Source: Pirellulales bacterium (GTDB lineage Bacteria > Planctomycetota > Planctomycetia > Pirellulales > JAICIG01). From it: 64,000 nucleotides of DNA. Under the pieces are notes generated by a model. The model saw only the letters and a program-made list of their open reading frames with translations, did no database searches and was not told where the DNA came from. The translations under genes were made by a program, and so were the position numbers. Positions 1 through 9,842 of this stretch are shown one piece after another. The stretch is from positions 32,001 to 96,000 of the forward strand of contig JBBDYJ010000016.1 in the NCBI GenBank assembly GCA_040901675.1, read 5' to 3'. Every line of letters begins with the position of its first letter. Positions within the stretch are counted from its first letter, which is position 1.

Positions 1-971
1 ACTCCGCCAAGAATGGCCTCACCTCTTCCAACCACCTGTATGTTCGGCGTACTTGCGGCACGCTCGGCCAAGTCATCGCTGATACTGTCGTAGCTGAACA
101 CAATGAATTCAGAACGTTCGCGGCGGAGCGCTGCGTCGAATAGCATCTCGTTCAAGTGCTCGTCTGCAAACGAGAAGCCTGATACGAGCACAATCGTTTC
201 GGGCTGATGCAGAGCGCGCCTCAATCTGTCCTGCAGCACGAGGAACGGAACACGTCGTGACTCTTCATATTTGGTATCCGACGGGTAGATCGCGGCAGGG
301 AGATCCTTCACGGGTTGGCCGATCCGCACGATTTGATCATGATCATCATCCGATCGCACCCAGTTCACCGATCCGTGGAGTTTCCACAGCCTGACAAACC
401 GCGATGCCACGTACCCGCCTGGGTCTCCCAGTGGTGCCTCGACTAGGTCCGTTCGGAACCTCGCCCGCAGATTTCCGACGAAGCCATCGAAGTACGGCAC
501 CCCGTGCCCCTCGAGTGCCGTTTCCAGGAGCAGATCGTAGTTGACGGTGAAGATTTCGACAGGATGGAGATAGTCGGCTCGTGCAGCCCACGCGGCCAAA
601 TGACTCATCGGCGCGAGATTTGCAGCCCCGATATCAAGTGCGTCCACGATTGCTTGGCAGACACATTTGTCGAGGTCTTTTGCTTTAGTCGCGGTCAAAC
701 CATCGACTGTGTCAGCGCCAGTGACCAGACCAGCGATGCGCCGCAGGCGGCTCAATACTTTCTCGATGTTGCGCCCATCGAGCAGACTCGTAAAGGCATT
801 TAGCTCATCCCCAATCAACTTTGTCTGCACATGGTCTTCAAGACCCTTGACATCCGGGAGCCCACAGGCCTTCGCCGCGCCGGCACCGAGAAAGGCGCAG
901 ACATGCCGGGATCGCGTCGCCAACTTGGCGCCCAAGGCGGTGGCAAACTCTTGCGGGTTGTGTGTGGCCAT
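1..971 (-). CDS. SIR2-like (SIR2_2) NAD-binding/NADase family protein, 3' end runs off the window
   Basis: Not in the ORF track; translated by hand from ATG at 971 (MATHNPQEF...). Contains FLGAGAAKACGLP, IFTVNYDLLLE, LWKLHGSVNW and VSGFSFADEHLN, the SIR2_2 motif series. AAGGGAG lies upstream. Frame is open to the edge. Confidence 0.9.
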   Translation of the reverse strand, partial: MATHNPQEFATALGAKLATRSRHVCAFLGAGAAKACGLPDVKGLEDHVQTKLIGDELNAFTSLLDGRNIEKVLSRLRRIAGLVTGADTVDGLTATKAKDLDKCVCQAIVDALDIGAANLAPMSHLAAWAARADYLHPVEIFTVNYDLLLETALEGHGVPYFDGFVGNLRARFRTDLVEAPLGDPGGYVASRFVRLWKLHGSVNWVRSDDDHDQIVRIGQPVKDLPAAIYPSDTKYEESRRVPFLVLQDRLRRALHQPETIVLVSGFSFADEHLNEMLFDAALRRERSEFIVFSYDSISDDLAERAASTPNIQVVGRGEAILGG

Positions 972-1027
972 CGTGCTGTGGAGCTCCCTTTCGCGTCCGG
1001 CAGGTGGACGGCATGATTTTTTGCCTA

Positions 1028-4000
1028 CTACCGAACCTCAAAGCCTTCCTTTACGCCCTTGAGAACCTCGTTCACTTGACCGGCAATGCCGCTCGGCGGT
1101 AGCTCTTGCCCGTCACCCAGCTCGAGCCGGACGGTGAACTGCATGGGCACGTTCGACCTGGCCTTCAGTTCCAGCAGCTTGGGGACCGCATCCGAGAGGT
1201 CCTGAATCTCAGATGGCTCAAAGGGCGCAACGGCGACAAGCTTCTTGCTGGCTTCCTGGCCACCGGGTTCGAATCCGCCGCCACCGCGGCCCGTGCCCGC
1301 CTTGGCGACGCCCAGGCGAACCGTTTTCGCCCCCGAAAACTCGCAGGGCCAGCTCCCCGAACCGTCGGCCAACTCGATGAATCGGGCTTGAATCGCCCCG
1401 TGGACAACGTCGCGAACGGTCTTCCAGGGGAGTGTCTTGCCGATCTTCTGCGAAAGGGCCGTGGCCACGGCCAGACAATTTGCCTCGTCGTTTTGCCAAG
1501 CGGCTGGCAGGTTCTCCGGCAAGATCTCAGCCGCGGGAATCACCGCCGGAGGCGCGGACAATCTGGCGGCCGGAGTCAGCACGCCGGCCGGGATCGGCTC
1601 GCCAAGAATGCTGGCCGGCCCGGACGTCAGCCAAAGCAACCCCGCCTCGACGGCCGCAGTGATCGCCTTGTCGACAACCTGCTCGCTAGCCATGGGGATG
1701 TGAACCGGCTCCCGGTAGCCGTCGCGCTCGACCTCGACAACCTTGCCGCTGCTGAAGTAATCGACGACCGCCTGCGCTGTGATCTCGTCGCCGGGCCACA
1801 ACTCCGGCAGCTTGCCCGGGGCGAGCAAGTGGGGCGCAATGTCCGCCAGCTCGGCACCTTCCGGCAACACCAGCTCCAGCGCGGGATCCTCGAGCGCAGT
1901 TTCATCGGGCCGGCAACCCCACCAGGTGCGAGACGAACCGTCGGGCCTTGTCAGACGCAGGACGAAGGCGCCCCGCTCGCAGCCTTCGACCAGCGTGTCG
2001 ATGATGGCGTCGGCCTTCAGCATCTTCGGCAGGTGCGGCAACTGCGCGAACGCGCCGGCCAGGTCTTTCACGCGCCGGCTCTTCTCCTCCTTCCAGAAGT
2101 CGTAGGGGCCGCCGGGCAGCAGCGCTTCGGCGGTAATGGCGGAATCCTGAATCCGCGCCCGCTTGTCGCCCTTGATCGTGGTGAAGTGCGCCTCGTCGGC
2201 GATGCTGAGCTTGAACGCCTGCACCTCGTTCTTGTCCGAGACGGTCACCACGGTGGTATACGCCTGGCGGATCGCCTCGGGAATTCGGCTTTTCGCCTTC
2301 TCGATGTTGATCAGAAGGGTCTGCATGCGGGCCGCGTCGATGCTGCCCCCCTGTTCTTGCTTCTTCAGCTCGTCGCGCACGGCGTCCCAGGCGAGGTAGT
2401 CGCGAATGCGGGCCTCACAGACATCCAGCCCGTCTCGCGAGGGACAAAGCAAGAGGACCGCATTGCGATAAACGCGGGGATTGTCGGGACCGGTGTTCTC
2501 GTCCAGAAATCTGCGGGCCTCGGCGCTCGGTTTTCCCGAGTCGCACGCGGCACTTTGTCCCAGGACCGCGTACCGGAAGGCGCCATCGTCCTTGACGTCG
2601 CTGGGCTTGACCGGCAACGTGTGGACCAACACGCCCGCCGCTGAGGCGCCGGCGGTCAGCTTCTTGGCCCTGCCAATCTCGTCGATCAGGCGAGCACGAA
2701 CGACCTCGTCCGAAATGCTCCGCGCGGCGACCGCGTGCATCTGGTTCAGGTTGGGACGATTGCCCAGCCGCCAGGTGCCCGGCAAGCGCTCCCCCTCGGC
2801 GGCATACAGATCATCGAGCCAGTGGCTCACCTGGCACCAGCGCTGGAGCCCCTTTTCCAGCTCGATTTTGTCGGGCCGTGTCGCCCCGACCAACACCGTC
2901 AGGTCGCGGGTGCGGGCGCTCTGCCCAACCGGCTGCGAATGCAAAAAGGTCGCCACGACCGACTGCTCGATCTCGCGGAACTTGAGACCGACGGAATCCT
3001 TCTGGATTTCGCGCGCCCGGTCTAACTCGCCCACCAGGATCGGCGTCCAGGCAGTCTTGCGGCCCTCGTGCTCCTCGGTGTCGGCGACAGTTATCAACTC
3101 GCGCAAGGCCTCAGAGACATCCTGGCGATCGGCCGCGCCCAGCAAGACGCCTGGGCCCACCAGCGGACAATCGTCCCAGTTGGCCGCCTCGCGCAAGGCC
3201 AGCGCAAAGGTGCGCAGCACGCCACGGGTACGCTGGAAGCCGTGCATGGCGGTCCATTTGCTGTAGAGCACTTCCGTCAGGTCGGGATGGAATGGATAGC
3301 TTCTGAGGAAGCGGTCTTCGGCCGCCGAGCCGGACTTGGCGGTTTGTTCGTCGATGCCCTGAATTCCTTTGAGGGCCGCTATCACGTGCTGGCGGAATGC
3401 TCCCGGGTCGCGGATCGACTCAGGCTTGAAAAAGCGCCGCCGCAACACCTCGGCCACGTCTTCCTTGACGACGGGCTCGACGCCTTCTTCTTTCTCGCGG
3501 CGAAAGACGTCGTAAAAGTCGCTCAGCAGCGACCGACCCAATTGGTCGCCGGCCTTGCGTGGATCGGTGGCCAGCAGCGAAGCGACCATGCAGCAGCGAG
3601 GCACCTTGGTCGCCGCCTGCGTCAGGCACTGAAAGAAGTTCATGAGCCGATCGCGCCACGCCGCCTCCTGGATCACCTTCTCCTTGACATACATCAGCAC
3701 TTCGTCCATCAGCACCAGCACGGCGAGCCCTTCCTTGGCCGGCAATTCGAGCAGGTCGGTCAGCGTGTTCTCGGCCGGGGAGGTCTCGCGTTCCTCGGCC
3801 TTGCCGTCGGCGTGCAAAAGCTTGAGCCCATCGTCGCCGGCAATCTGGTAGGCGAGCACGCTCCAGGGGTGCTTGAGGCGCCGCGTCTTGGCCGGCTGCC
3901 CAGGTAGGGCGGGGGCGCGGACGTCCATACCCTTTTCCACGTCGAGCTTGTCGAAGCACAACCCGGCGACGCGGGCCTTGGGAGGTTTTTGGCCGATGGC

Positions 4001-4360
4001 ATGGGCGAATTCGTGGACGGCCGGCAGGTCAGGCAGGTTGCCGGGGTCGTGAACCAGGTGCAAAAGGGTGATGAGCGTGTGCGTCTTGCCGCCACCGTAC
4101 GTCAGCTCGAGCTGGCGGACCGCCTTGTCGTTCCTGTTGGCCAGCCGCAGGGCCACGTCGCGGACGAGATTGCGCAGGTTGTGCGTTGGGAAGGTGAGGC
4201 TGAAGAAGCTGCGCGGGTCCTCGTAGACGGGCTGCTTGCCGCGGCCCATGAGCACCTCGTAGAGGTCGGCCGCGAACATGGTGAGCGAAAGGTCGCCCGA
4301 CTTCAGGTCGTCGCGGAGGGCGACGACCCGGTGCCAGGGGGTCCAGGGGAGTTTTGCCAT
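1028..4360 (-). CDS. DUF499-family AAA+ ATPase (BrxC-related)
   Basis: 1110 aa; N-terminal PWH..V.LRDDL..G...FAADL, Walker A YGGGKTH, Walker B VLMDEV, SYPFHP and FQRTRGVLR motifs typical of DUF499. Confidence 0.9.
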   Translation of the reverse strand: MAKLPWTPWHRVVALRDDLKSGDLSLTMFAADLYEVLMGRGKQPVYEDPRSFFSLTFPTHNLRNLVRDVALRLANRNDKAVRQLELTYGGGKTHTLITLLHLVHDPGNLPDLPAVHEFAHAIGQKPPKARVAGLCFDKLDVEKGMDVRAPALPGQPAKTRRLKHPWSVLAYQIAGDDGLKLLHADGKAEERETSPAENTLTDLLELPAKEGLAVLVLMDEVLMYVKEKVIQEAAWRDRLMNFFQCLTQAATKVPRCCMVASLLATDPRKAGDQLGRSLLSDFYDVFRREKEEGVEPVVKEDVAEVLRRRFFKPESIRDPGAFRQHVIAALKGIQGIDEQTAKSGSAAEDRFLRSYPFHPDLTEVLYSKWTAMHGFQRTRGVLRTFALALREAANWDDCPLVGPGVLLGAADRQDVSEALRELITVADTEEHEGRKTAWTPILVGELDRAREIQKDSVGLKFREIEQSVVATFLHSQPVGQSARTRDLTVLVGATRPDKIELEKGLQRWCQVSHWLDDLYAAEGERLPGTWRLGNRPNLNQMHAVAARSISDEVVRARLIDEIGRAKKLTAGASAAGVLVHTLPVKPSDVKDDGAFRYAVLGQSAACDSGKPSAEARRFLDENTGPDNPRVYRNAVLLLCPSRDGLDVCEARIRDYLAWDAVRDELKKQEQGGSIDAARMQTLLINIEKAKSRIPEAIRQAYTTVVTVSDKNEVQAFKLSIADEAHFTTIKGDKRARIQDSAITAEALLPGGPYDFWKEEKSRRVKDLAGAFAQLPHLPKMLKADAIIDTLVEGCERGAFVLRLTRPDGSSRTWWGCRPDETALEDPALELVLPEGAELADIAPHLLAPGKLPELWPGDEITAQAVVDYFSSGKVVEVERDGYREPVHIPMASEQVVDKAITAAVEAGLLWLTSGPASILGEPIPAGVLTPAARLSAPPAVIPAAEILPENLPAAWQNDEANCLAVATALSQKIGKTLPWKTVRDVVHGAIQARFIELADGSGSWPCEFSGAKTVRLGVAKAGTGRGGGGFEPGGQEASKKLVAVAPFEPSEIQDLSDAVPKLLELKARSNVPMQFTVRLELGDGQELPPSGIAGQVNEVLKGVKEGFEVR

Positions 4361-4366
4361 CGTACT

Positions 4367-5572
4367 TTATCCTTCCCGTTTTTTCCCGATCGCGCGTATC
4401 TCCAGCGCGCGTTTGGTTTCCAGAATCTCGCGGCGCAACGTCTCGGGATCGGGCAACTGCGTCAGATATTTTGAGGCGAACACGCGGGCGTTGATGCCAC
4501 CCAGGGCATACTCGACCACGGCGTCGTCCTTGTCGCTGCACAGAATGATGCCAACCGGATCGGCTTCGTCCGCCAAAGTGAGATGCTCTTTGACGTAGGC
4601 CAGGTACAGCGCCATCTGCCCGGCATCGGCGTGCGTGAAGCTGCCCAGCTTGAGGTCGAGCACGATCAGGCACCGCAGCCCGCGATGGTAAAGCAGCAGG
4701 TCGATGCGATACCATGTGTTCCCGACGCGAATACGTTTCTGCCGCGCGACGAACGTGAATCCCGCCCCCAGTTCGAGCAGAAACGCCTCTAGGTGCCGGA
4801 TCAGCGCCTCTTCCAACTCGGCTTCGCTGTATTCGTCCTTCAGGTTGAGGAATTCGAGAAGATAGGGATCACGCACCTCATCCTGGACGGAAACTGCGTC
4901 CTCCGGCTTGGGCTTTTGGCCGCGAGCGAGCATCGCCGCTTGTTGTTTCGAGTGGGATGTCCGCTCGAAGAATTGGGTGCTGATCTGCCGGTCGAGTTGC
5001 CGCACCGACCAGCCACCGCGAATCGACTCGGATTCGTAGAACGCGCGGGCGTGCGGTTTTTCGACCGCCATCAGCCGCACGTAGTGCGACCAGGACAGCG
5101 GAAATACGGTCAGCAGATGAGAGCCGAAATTGGCAGACGGTGTCTGCACAATCTGCAATATTCCAGACGGCGACTGGAGAATCTCGTCCCCCTGATCGAG
5201 CGATTCAACGTCCAACTTGGTTCGGGCTTCCAATTTGGCAGACGGTGTCTGCCAAATCTCCCAACCCCAGTAAAAGGTGCGCATCTGACGGAGGTTTCGG
5301 GCCGAAAACCCTCGCCCGAACTGTGTCGTCAAGTCGGCGGCCAGCCGCTTTAGCAGTCCTGCCCCGTATTCCGCCCGCGCTGTGCCCTCTTGTTCGAACT
5401 CGACTATCCGCTGGCCAATCTCCCAGTAGGTGGCGGTCAGCACGCTATTCAGCGTGCGCGCCGCGGCGCGGCGCGATTGTTCGAGCAACTCTGAGATGCC
5501 GCCGACCAGCCCGTCGTATCCGATGGCGGTTAGCAGGACGATTCCAGTCTTGGGACGCCGTTTGGCCATCAC
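4367..5572 (-). CDS. DUF1016/YhcG family PD-(D/E)XK nuclease-like protein
   Basis: YWEIG..IVE, GFSARNLRQMR, LSWSHY, RDPYLLEFL, IDLLLYHR, GQM..Y and GIILC motifs. Confidence 0.92.
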   Translation of the reverse strand: MMAKRRPKTGIVLLTAIGYDGLVGGISELLEQSRRAAARTLNSVLTATYWEIGQRIVEFEQEGTARAEYGAGLLKRLAADLTTQFGRGFSARNLRQMRTFYWGWEIWQTPSAKLEARTKLDVESLDQGDEILQSPSGILQIVQTPSANFGSHLLTVFPLSWSHYVRLMAVEKPHARAFYESESIRGGWSVRQLDRQISTQFFERTSHSKQQAAMLARGQKPKPEDAVSVQDEVRDPYLLEFLNLKDEYSEAELEEALIRHLEAFLLELGAGFTFVARQKRIRVGNTWYRIDLLLYHRGLRCLIVLDLKLGSFTHADAGQMALYLAYVKEHLTLADEADPVGIILCSDKDDAVVEYALGGINARVFASKYLTQLPDPETLRREILETKRALEIRAIGKKREG

Positions 5573-8500
5573 TCAGCCTCGCTTTCCGCCGTCTCGGCCA
5601 TTTGGGAAAACGCGCCCTGCGGGTCCTTGCGCTTCGCGCCCTTGGCCCCGATGTGGTTGCTGAGGCTTTCCAGCAGCGAGCGCTCCTCGCTGCCCGCCTT
5701 GGCGAGCTCGATGAGGGATTGCAGCACGCGGCGGAAGAGCTCGTGCCGCCGCAGGCCGTGTTCGTCGAGATACTCGTCCACCTTATGTAGATCGCCCCCC
5801 TTCCAGAGGTGCATCAGGCGGTGGATGCGGTCGATCAGCGGGATCGGCCGGCCGCCGGGGGCCTCGATGCCCAACGAGCGGCCGCGACGGTGGTTCCACG
5901 ACTTGAGCTTGACCTTGCTGCCGGAACCGGTCTCCTCGGCCGGCTCGTCGTCGCCGTCCGTGTCGTCGGTCTCGGCGTCTTCGTCCAGGGCACCGTCGCC
6001 GCCGGTCTTGACCAGCAGGTCCCAGTCTCGACCAAGCTCCTGGTCCGACAGGCCGCACGCGGTTGCGTACAGGATGCACGCACCGACCGGGGCATCCTCC
6101 AAGCCGAAATCATTTCGATGGAGCAGGTAATAGGCAGTGGGTTCGTCGAGCCTGTCCACCGCCGGCTCGTCAACGCCATCGCCGTCGTGAAGGATTTCGG
6201 CGTGAGCGCCTTGGGCCCGCGAGAGCACTCGGCCGACCACGAAATCGACGACCATCCGGCGGGCGTGGTTGAGGAATTCGGTGACCGAGAGAGTGGAGTT
6301 GGGCTCGTCGGCCATCTTCACGACGGGGTGCTTGCTGTACGCCTCCAGCGCCGGCCCCGTCGCCGCCCAAACGAAGTCGGGGCCGCGAATGCCCGCGTCC
6401 CAGAACTCGCGGAGCCGCCGGCCGATGTTCGCCCGCATGTCCTCGAGAACCTTGTTGTCCCAACCGGCTCGAACGCCGATGGGGCGTTTCTTGCAGACGA
6501 GCCAAACGGAGGACGCGAGGGCGGCCGATGACTGTGCCCGCATCCGACCGGCCTGCTCTGTTTGTATGGGCCAGCTTCCATCCACAACGAAACCCGCGCG
6601 GATCACTGCGGAAACTAGCGTCTCCCAGGCATCTGGTTGCTTGTTCGCGAACACAACCACCATCCGTCCTTCAGCGGTCAGAGCAGCACAACACCGCTCA
6701 AACACGCACGCCATTCCCGCCTCATATGCACGCTTCGAAGCAGACGCATCGCCACCGTGACGACAGGCGTCGTCGATCAACTCCCCATCGTTCCGCTCAT
6801 TATCCCATTTGGGCGAAAGGATGTTCCTAAAGGCGAGGTGGATGTTGGCAGAAAGGTCTCCCACAAGGCGACGCAGCCAAATGTAAAAGAAGTCCATTAG
6901 ATCGGAGTAAGGAATGGCATCGTAGTATGGTGGGTCGGTGATCACGACATCGTATTCGCCAAGAGCAGGGACCTGCGATGCTGATGAGCTCCGGATTGTA
7001 ACGGGTTCGGATCGCTCGATCCGCAGCCCCACATCCAAGGCTGACGCGATTCGTTCACAACATAACAAGTACGACCCCGCCGCTGCTCCTGTGGGTTCGG
7101 GTTCTGCGAAATCCCATAAGACGGGGAGCGCAAAGCGCGCAAACGCATCGACGACCGCCTCTGCATCAACTTTCCATCTAACATTGCTGCACGTAAACAT
7201 CAGCAATCGATCAAATGCCAACGCTAAGTGTGAGACAATCGCTTCCGCCCATTCTCCTGACGTGCTACCAATTAGAGAACTGGAACGTACATCACGAGTT
7301 GCCTTCAGGAACGTTCCCAATGCGACAAGTTGACGCGACGTGAAGAGTTGGCGCCAGTTCATCAAACCGTAATTCTGAACTGAAAACGCTCGGCCAGCAC
7401 CGCTACCGCCACCCTTTGGCGTTGGTTCCTGTGGCATACCCCAGGGGACAGCGCAATAGATATTGGCGATCTCGTCGTTGGCAGCGGCGGTTTGTGCCAA
7501 TTCATATTCGCTGGGCATTCGATAGCTCTTACCGTCAGCAGTATCGACCACTGTGGCTGTAGCCATCGTCCCAAGTCTGCCCGATCTACCTTCCACACGA
7601 ATATCTTCCATCCTCATTATCGTTCCGCAGCACGGGCACTTGGCGCCCGCACGCGACATGGTGCCAACCCCAATCCGTTTGTCGTGTTCGCGCTTCCGGG
7701 CGGCGTTCCCGCCGTGCGACGGCACGCCAGTCTGAATACCAAAATTAATTCCCGTCTTTTGAGCATTGGAATCCATCGTCAGGAGCACGCGCTTGCGATC
7801 CTTCTTGCAGAGCCAGCGTGTCTTCAAAAGCGGGATCGTCGCGCGACAGTTTTTGCAGGTGACCGTCCGTGCCCAGAGGTAGGCTACCGTGGGCTTGGCG
7901 ACCCAGCGCGGATTCCCTTTGACCGCCAGGTACTCGGCGCTGAACTCGCCGTTGAGAGAGTCGATATCGGGCGTGCCGTCATCCTTGATCGGCACCAGCC
8001 GCATTGGTTGCTGCTCATAGGAGGTCTGGTCCTTGGCCAGCGGTTCAAAGTCGGCATAGACGGGATAGAACGGGGCCAGTTCCTTGCGCGCCGCGTCCAG
8101 CACCCACTGGCCCCAAGCACGCACGTGCCAGGCCAGGTCGGCCTCGATGCCATGCCCGCCCAGGTCCATGCCGGGCAAGCTCGGCTTGTCGTCGGCGTGG
8201 CCGACGTTCTCGAGCTCCCGGCGAATCTGGGCCTTGCCCAGGCCCTGAGCCTTGAAGAACGCTTCCATGAAGGGACGGTTCTTCAGAATGAATCCCGGCA
8301 GCGGCCGTTTTTGGCCGGCCAGCTTTTGCGGATACTCCAGGGTGCACTTGAGGATGAACCAGGCGACCGGGTTGATGTCGATGGCCGTCGCCTCGCAGCC
8401 CAGCCGCATGGCCTCCAGCGGAATCGCGCCGCCGCCGGCGAACGGGTCGAGCACCTTGGGAGCGCGCCCGCCATACGCGTTGCGTATCTCCTTGCGGAAC

Positions 8501-8850
8501 CATTCGAGCGTCTCGGCGTTCTCGGTTTCCCTTCCCCAGTGCAGGATGCCCCCCTCGGTCTCTTCCTTTTCGCGCTCGACCGTCTGCCCGCCGGGCAACT
8601 TCTTCTTCTCGATCCTTTTGACCACCTTGCCGGCGATCTTCTCGCAGAGTTCCTGCCGCCCTTCCGGGGTACCCGGATCGGGCAAGAGCGTGGCGATCAG
8701 CGCCGCGCGGCAGGCCGCCAAGGGCCGCCGCGCCGGCCAGATGTGCAGCGTGGAGATGTGCCCGTGCCGGACGTTCTTCTCATGGACGCTGTCCAGCGAG
8801 GTTTGCTTGAGCGGGAAGGCGAATTCAATGAGTCGGGGTTGATCCGTCAT
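5569..8850 (-). CDS. DUF1156 adenine-specific DNA methyltransferase with Zn ribbons
   Basis: LHIWPARRPLAACRA (DUF1156), motif I DPFAGGGAIP, motif IV DPPYY, CKNC and CPCC Zn pairs. Confidence 0.92.
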   Translation of the reverse strand: MTDQPRLIEFAFPLKQTSLDSVHEKNVRHGHISTLHIWPARRPLAACRAALIATLLPDPGTPEGRQELCEKIAGKVVKRIEKKKLPGGQTVEREKEETEGGILHWGRETENAETLEWFRKEIRNAYGGRAPKVLDPFAGGGAIPLEAMRLGCEATAIDINPVAWFILKCTLEYPQKLAGQKRPLPGFILKNRPFMEAFFKAQGLGKAQIRRELENVGHADDKPSLPGMDLGGHGIEADLAWHVRAWGQWVLDAARKELAPFYPVYADFEPLAKDQTSYEQQPMRLVPIKDDGTPDIDSLNGEFSAEYLAVKGNPRWVAKPTVAYLWARTVTCKNCRATIPLLKTRWLCKKDRKRVLLTMDSNAQKTGINFGIQTGVPSHGGNAARKREHDKRIGVGTMSRAGAKCPCCGTIMRMEDIRVEGRSGRLGTMATATVVDTADGKSYRMPSEYELAQTAAANDEIANIYCAVPWGMPQEPTPKGGGSGAGRAFSVQNYGLMNWRQLFTSRQLVALGTFLKATRDVRSSSLIGSTSGEWAEAIVSHLALAFDRLLMFTCSNVRWKVDAEAVVDAFARFALPVLWDFAEPEPTGAAAGSYLLCCERIASALDVGLRIERSEPVTIRSSSASQVPALGEYDVVITDPPYYDAIPYSDLMDFFYIWLRRLVGDLSANIHLAFRNILSPKWDNERNDGELIDDACRHGGDASASKRAYEAGMACVFERCCAALTAEGRMVVVFANKQPDAWETLVSAVIRAGFVVDGSWPIQTEQAGRMRAQSSAALASSVWLVCKKRPIGVRAGWDNKVLEDMRANIGRRLREFWDAGIRGPDFVWAATGPALEAYSKHPVVKMADEPNSTLSVTEFLNHARRMVVDFVVGRVLSRAQGAHAEILHDGDGVDEPAVDRLDEPTAYYLLHRNDFGLEDAPVGACILYATACGLSDQELGRDWDLLVKTGGDGALDEDAETDDTDGDDEPAEETGSGSKVKLKSWNHRRGRSLGIEAPGGRPIPLIDRIHRLMHLWKGGDLHKVDEYLDEHGLRRHELFRRVLQSLIELAKAGSEERSLLESLSNHIGAKGAKRKDPQGAFSQMAETAESEAE

Positions 8851-9842
8851 GGGAGTTGCAACTCGGCTCGATCGGCAATTTTCTTGGCGAGGACCTCAAA
8901 GTCGCGATAGGCGTCTCGGACTGCATACGTGTGGGCACCAAGCGCGCCATCGGCGGGTTTGAGAGCGAACATTGGCTTGCGTGCCTCCTGTGCCATGGGC
9001 ATCAAGCTGCGGTAATGCTTGAGAAGCGCGAAACAGTTCGGGTCATCGGCAATCTTCGGCACATGACTCGCCGTGGTGCCGAGGACGTAACGGACATAGG
9101 TCTCGGGGATGCGAGCGATCCACTTATCGTAGGACTTAACCGGCCGATCGCGCCGCACCGAGTGCTGCATCACGATATAGCCAGTCGGCTGCATGGCGCC
9201 ACTCGGCAGCACAAGCTGCGAGTCGGGATTCTTACGAGAACGCTCCGACCAGCCTCGCCGCCACTCGCGCAAGGTCGGTCCAAGGTTTCGCAGGCCTTGG
9301 AGCGAGAACAGATCGGGACCCAGCGGAATCACCACGTAGTCCGAGGCGATTAGCGCAGCTCGGTTAATCGCCCCTAGATTTGGGCCTAGGTCGATCAAAA
9401 TCACGTTGGCCTGATGGACCTCGGCGCCCTTTTGCAGGACTCGCCAAAAAGCCGAGATAACGCGAAACGCTCGCTCATCGCCATCCAGACACTTCGGCCA
9501 GACTTGGGAAAGGTCGTCTTCAAACTCGGAAAGCGCCATATCGCCAGGAATCAGAACCAGATTGTCCCTGATCGGTTCGAGCAAGGGATTGGCGATATCG
9601 CCCACACCGCGTTTCAAGGGGCGAATTGCACCGAATATCGTGTTGGGGTGCTGATTCTCTGGCCAGAGTTCCTCCAATTTGTCGTCATCCAGGAATGCGG
9701 CGGAGAGGTTTCCCTGTGGGTCCAGGTCGGCGGCGACGACGCGTAGGCCGAGATTCGCCATCATGCACGCCACGTGGTAGACAAGCGACGTCTTACCGAC
9801 GCCACCCTTGTTGTTGAAGAACGCGATCACCGCCGTGCTCAT
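8847..9842 (-). CDS. ParA/MinD-family ATPase
   Basis: Deviant Walker A NNKGGVGKTS, DLDPQGN, IDLGPNLG; 4-nt overlaps with both neighbours. Confidence 0.9.
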   Translation of the reverse strand: MSTAVIAFFNNKGGVGKTSLVYHVACMMANLGLRVVAADLDPQGNLSAAFLDDDKLEELWPENQHPNTIFGAIRPLKRGVGDIANPLLEPIRDNLVLIPGDMALSEFEDDLSQVWPKCLDGDERAFRVISAFWRVLQKGAEVHQANVILIDLGPNLGAINRAALIASDYVVIPLGPDLFSLQGLRNLGPTLREWRRGWSERSRKNPDSQLVLPSGAMQPTGYIVMQHSVRRDRPVKSYDKWIARIPETYVRYVLGTTASHVPKIADDPNCFALLKHYRSLMPMAQEARKPMFALKPADGALGAHTYAVRDAYRDFEVLAKKIADRAELQLP

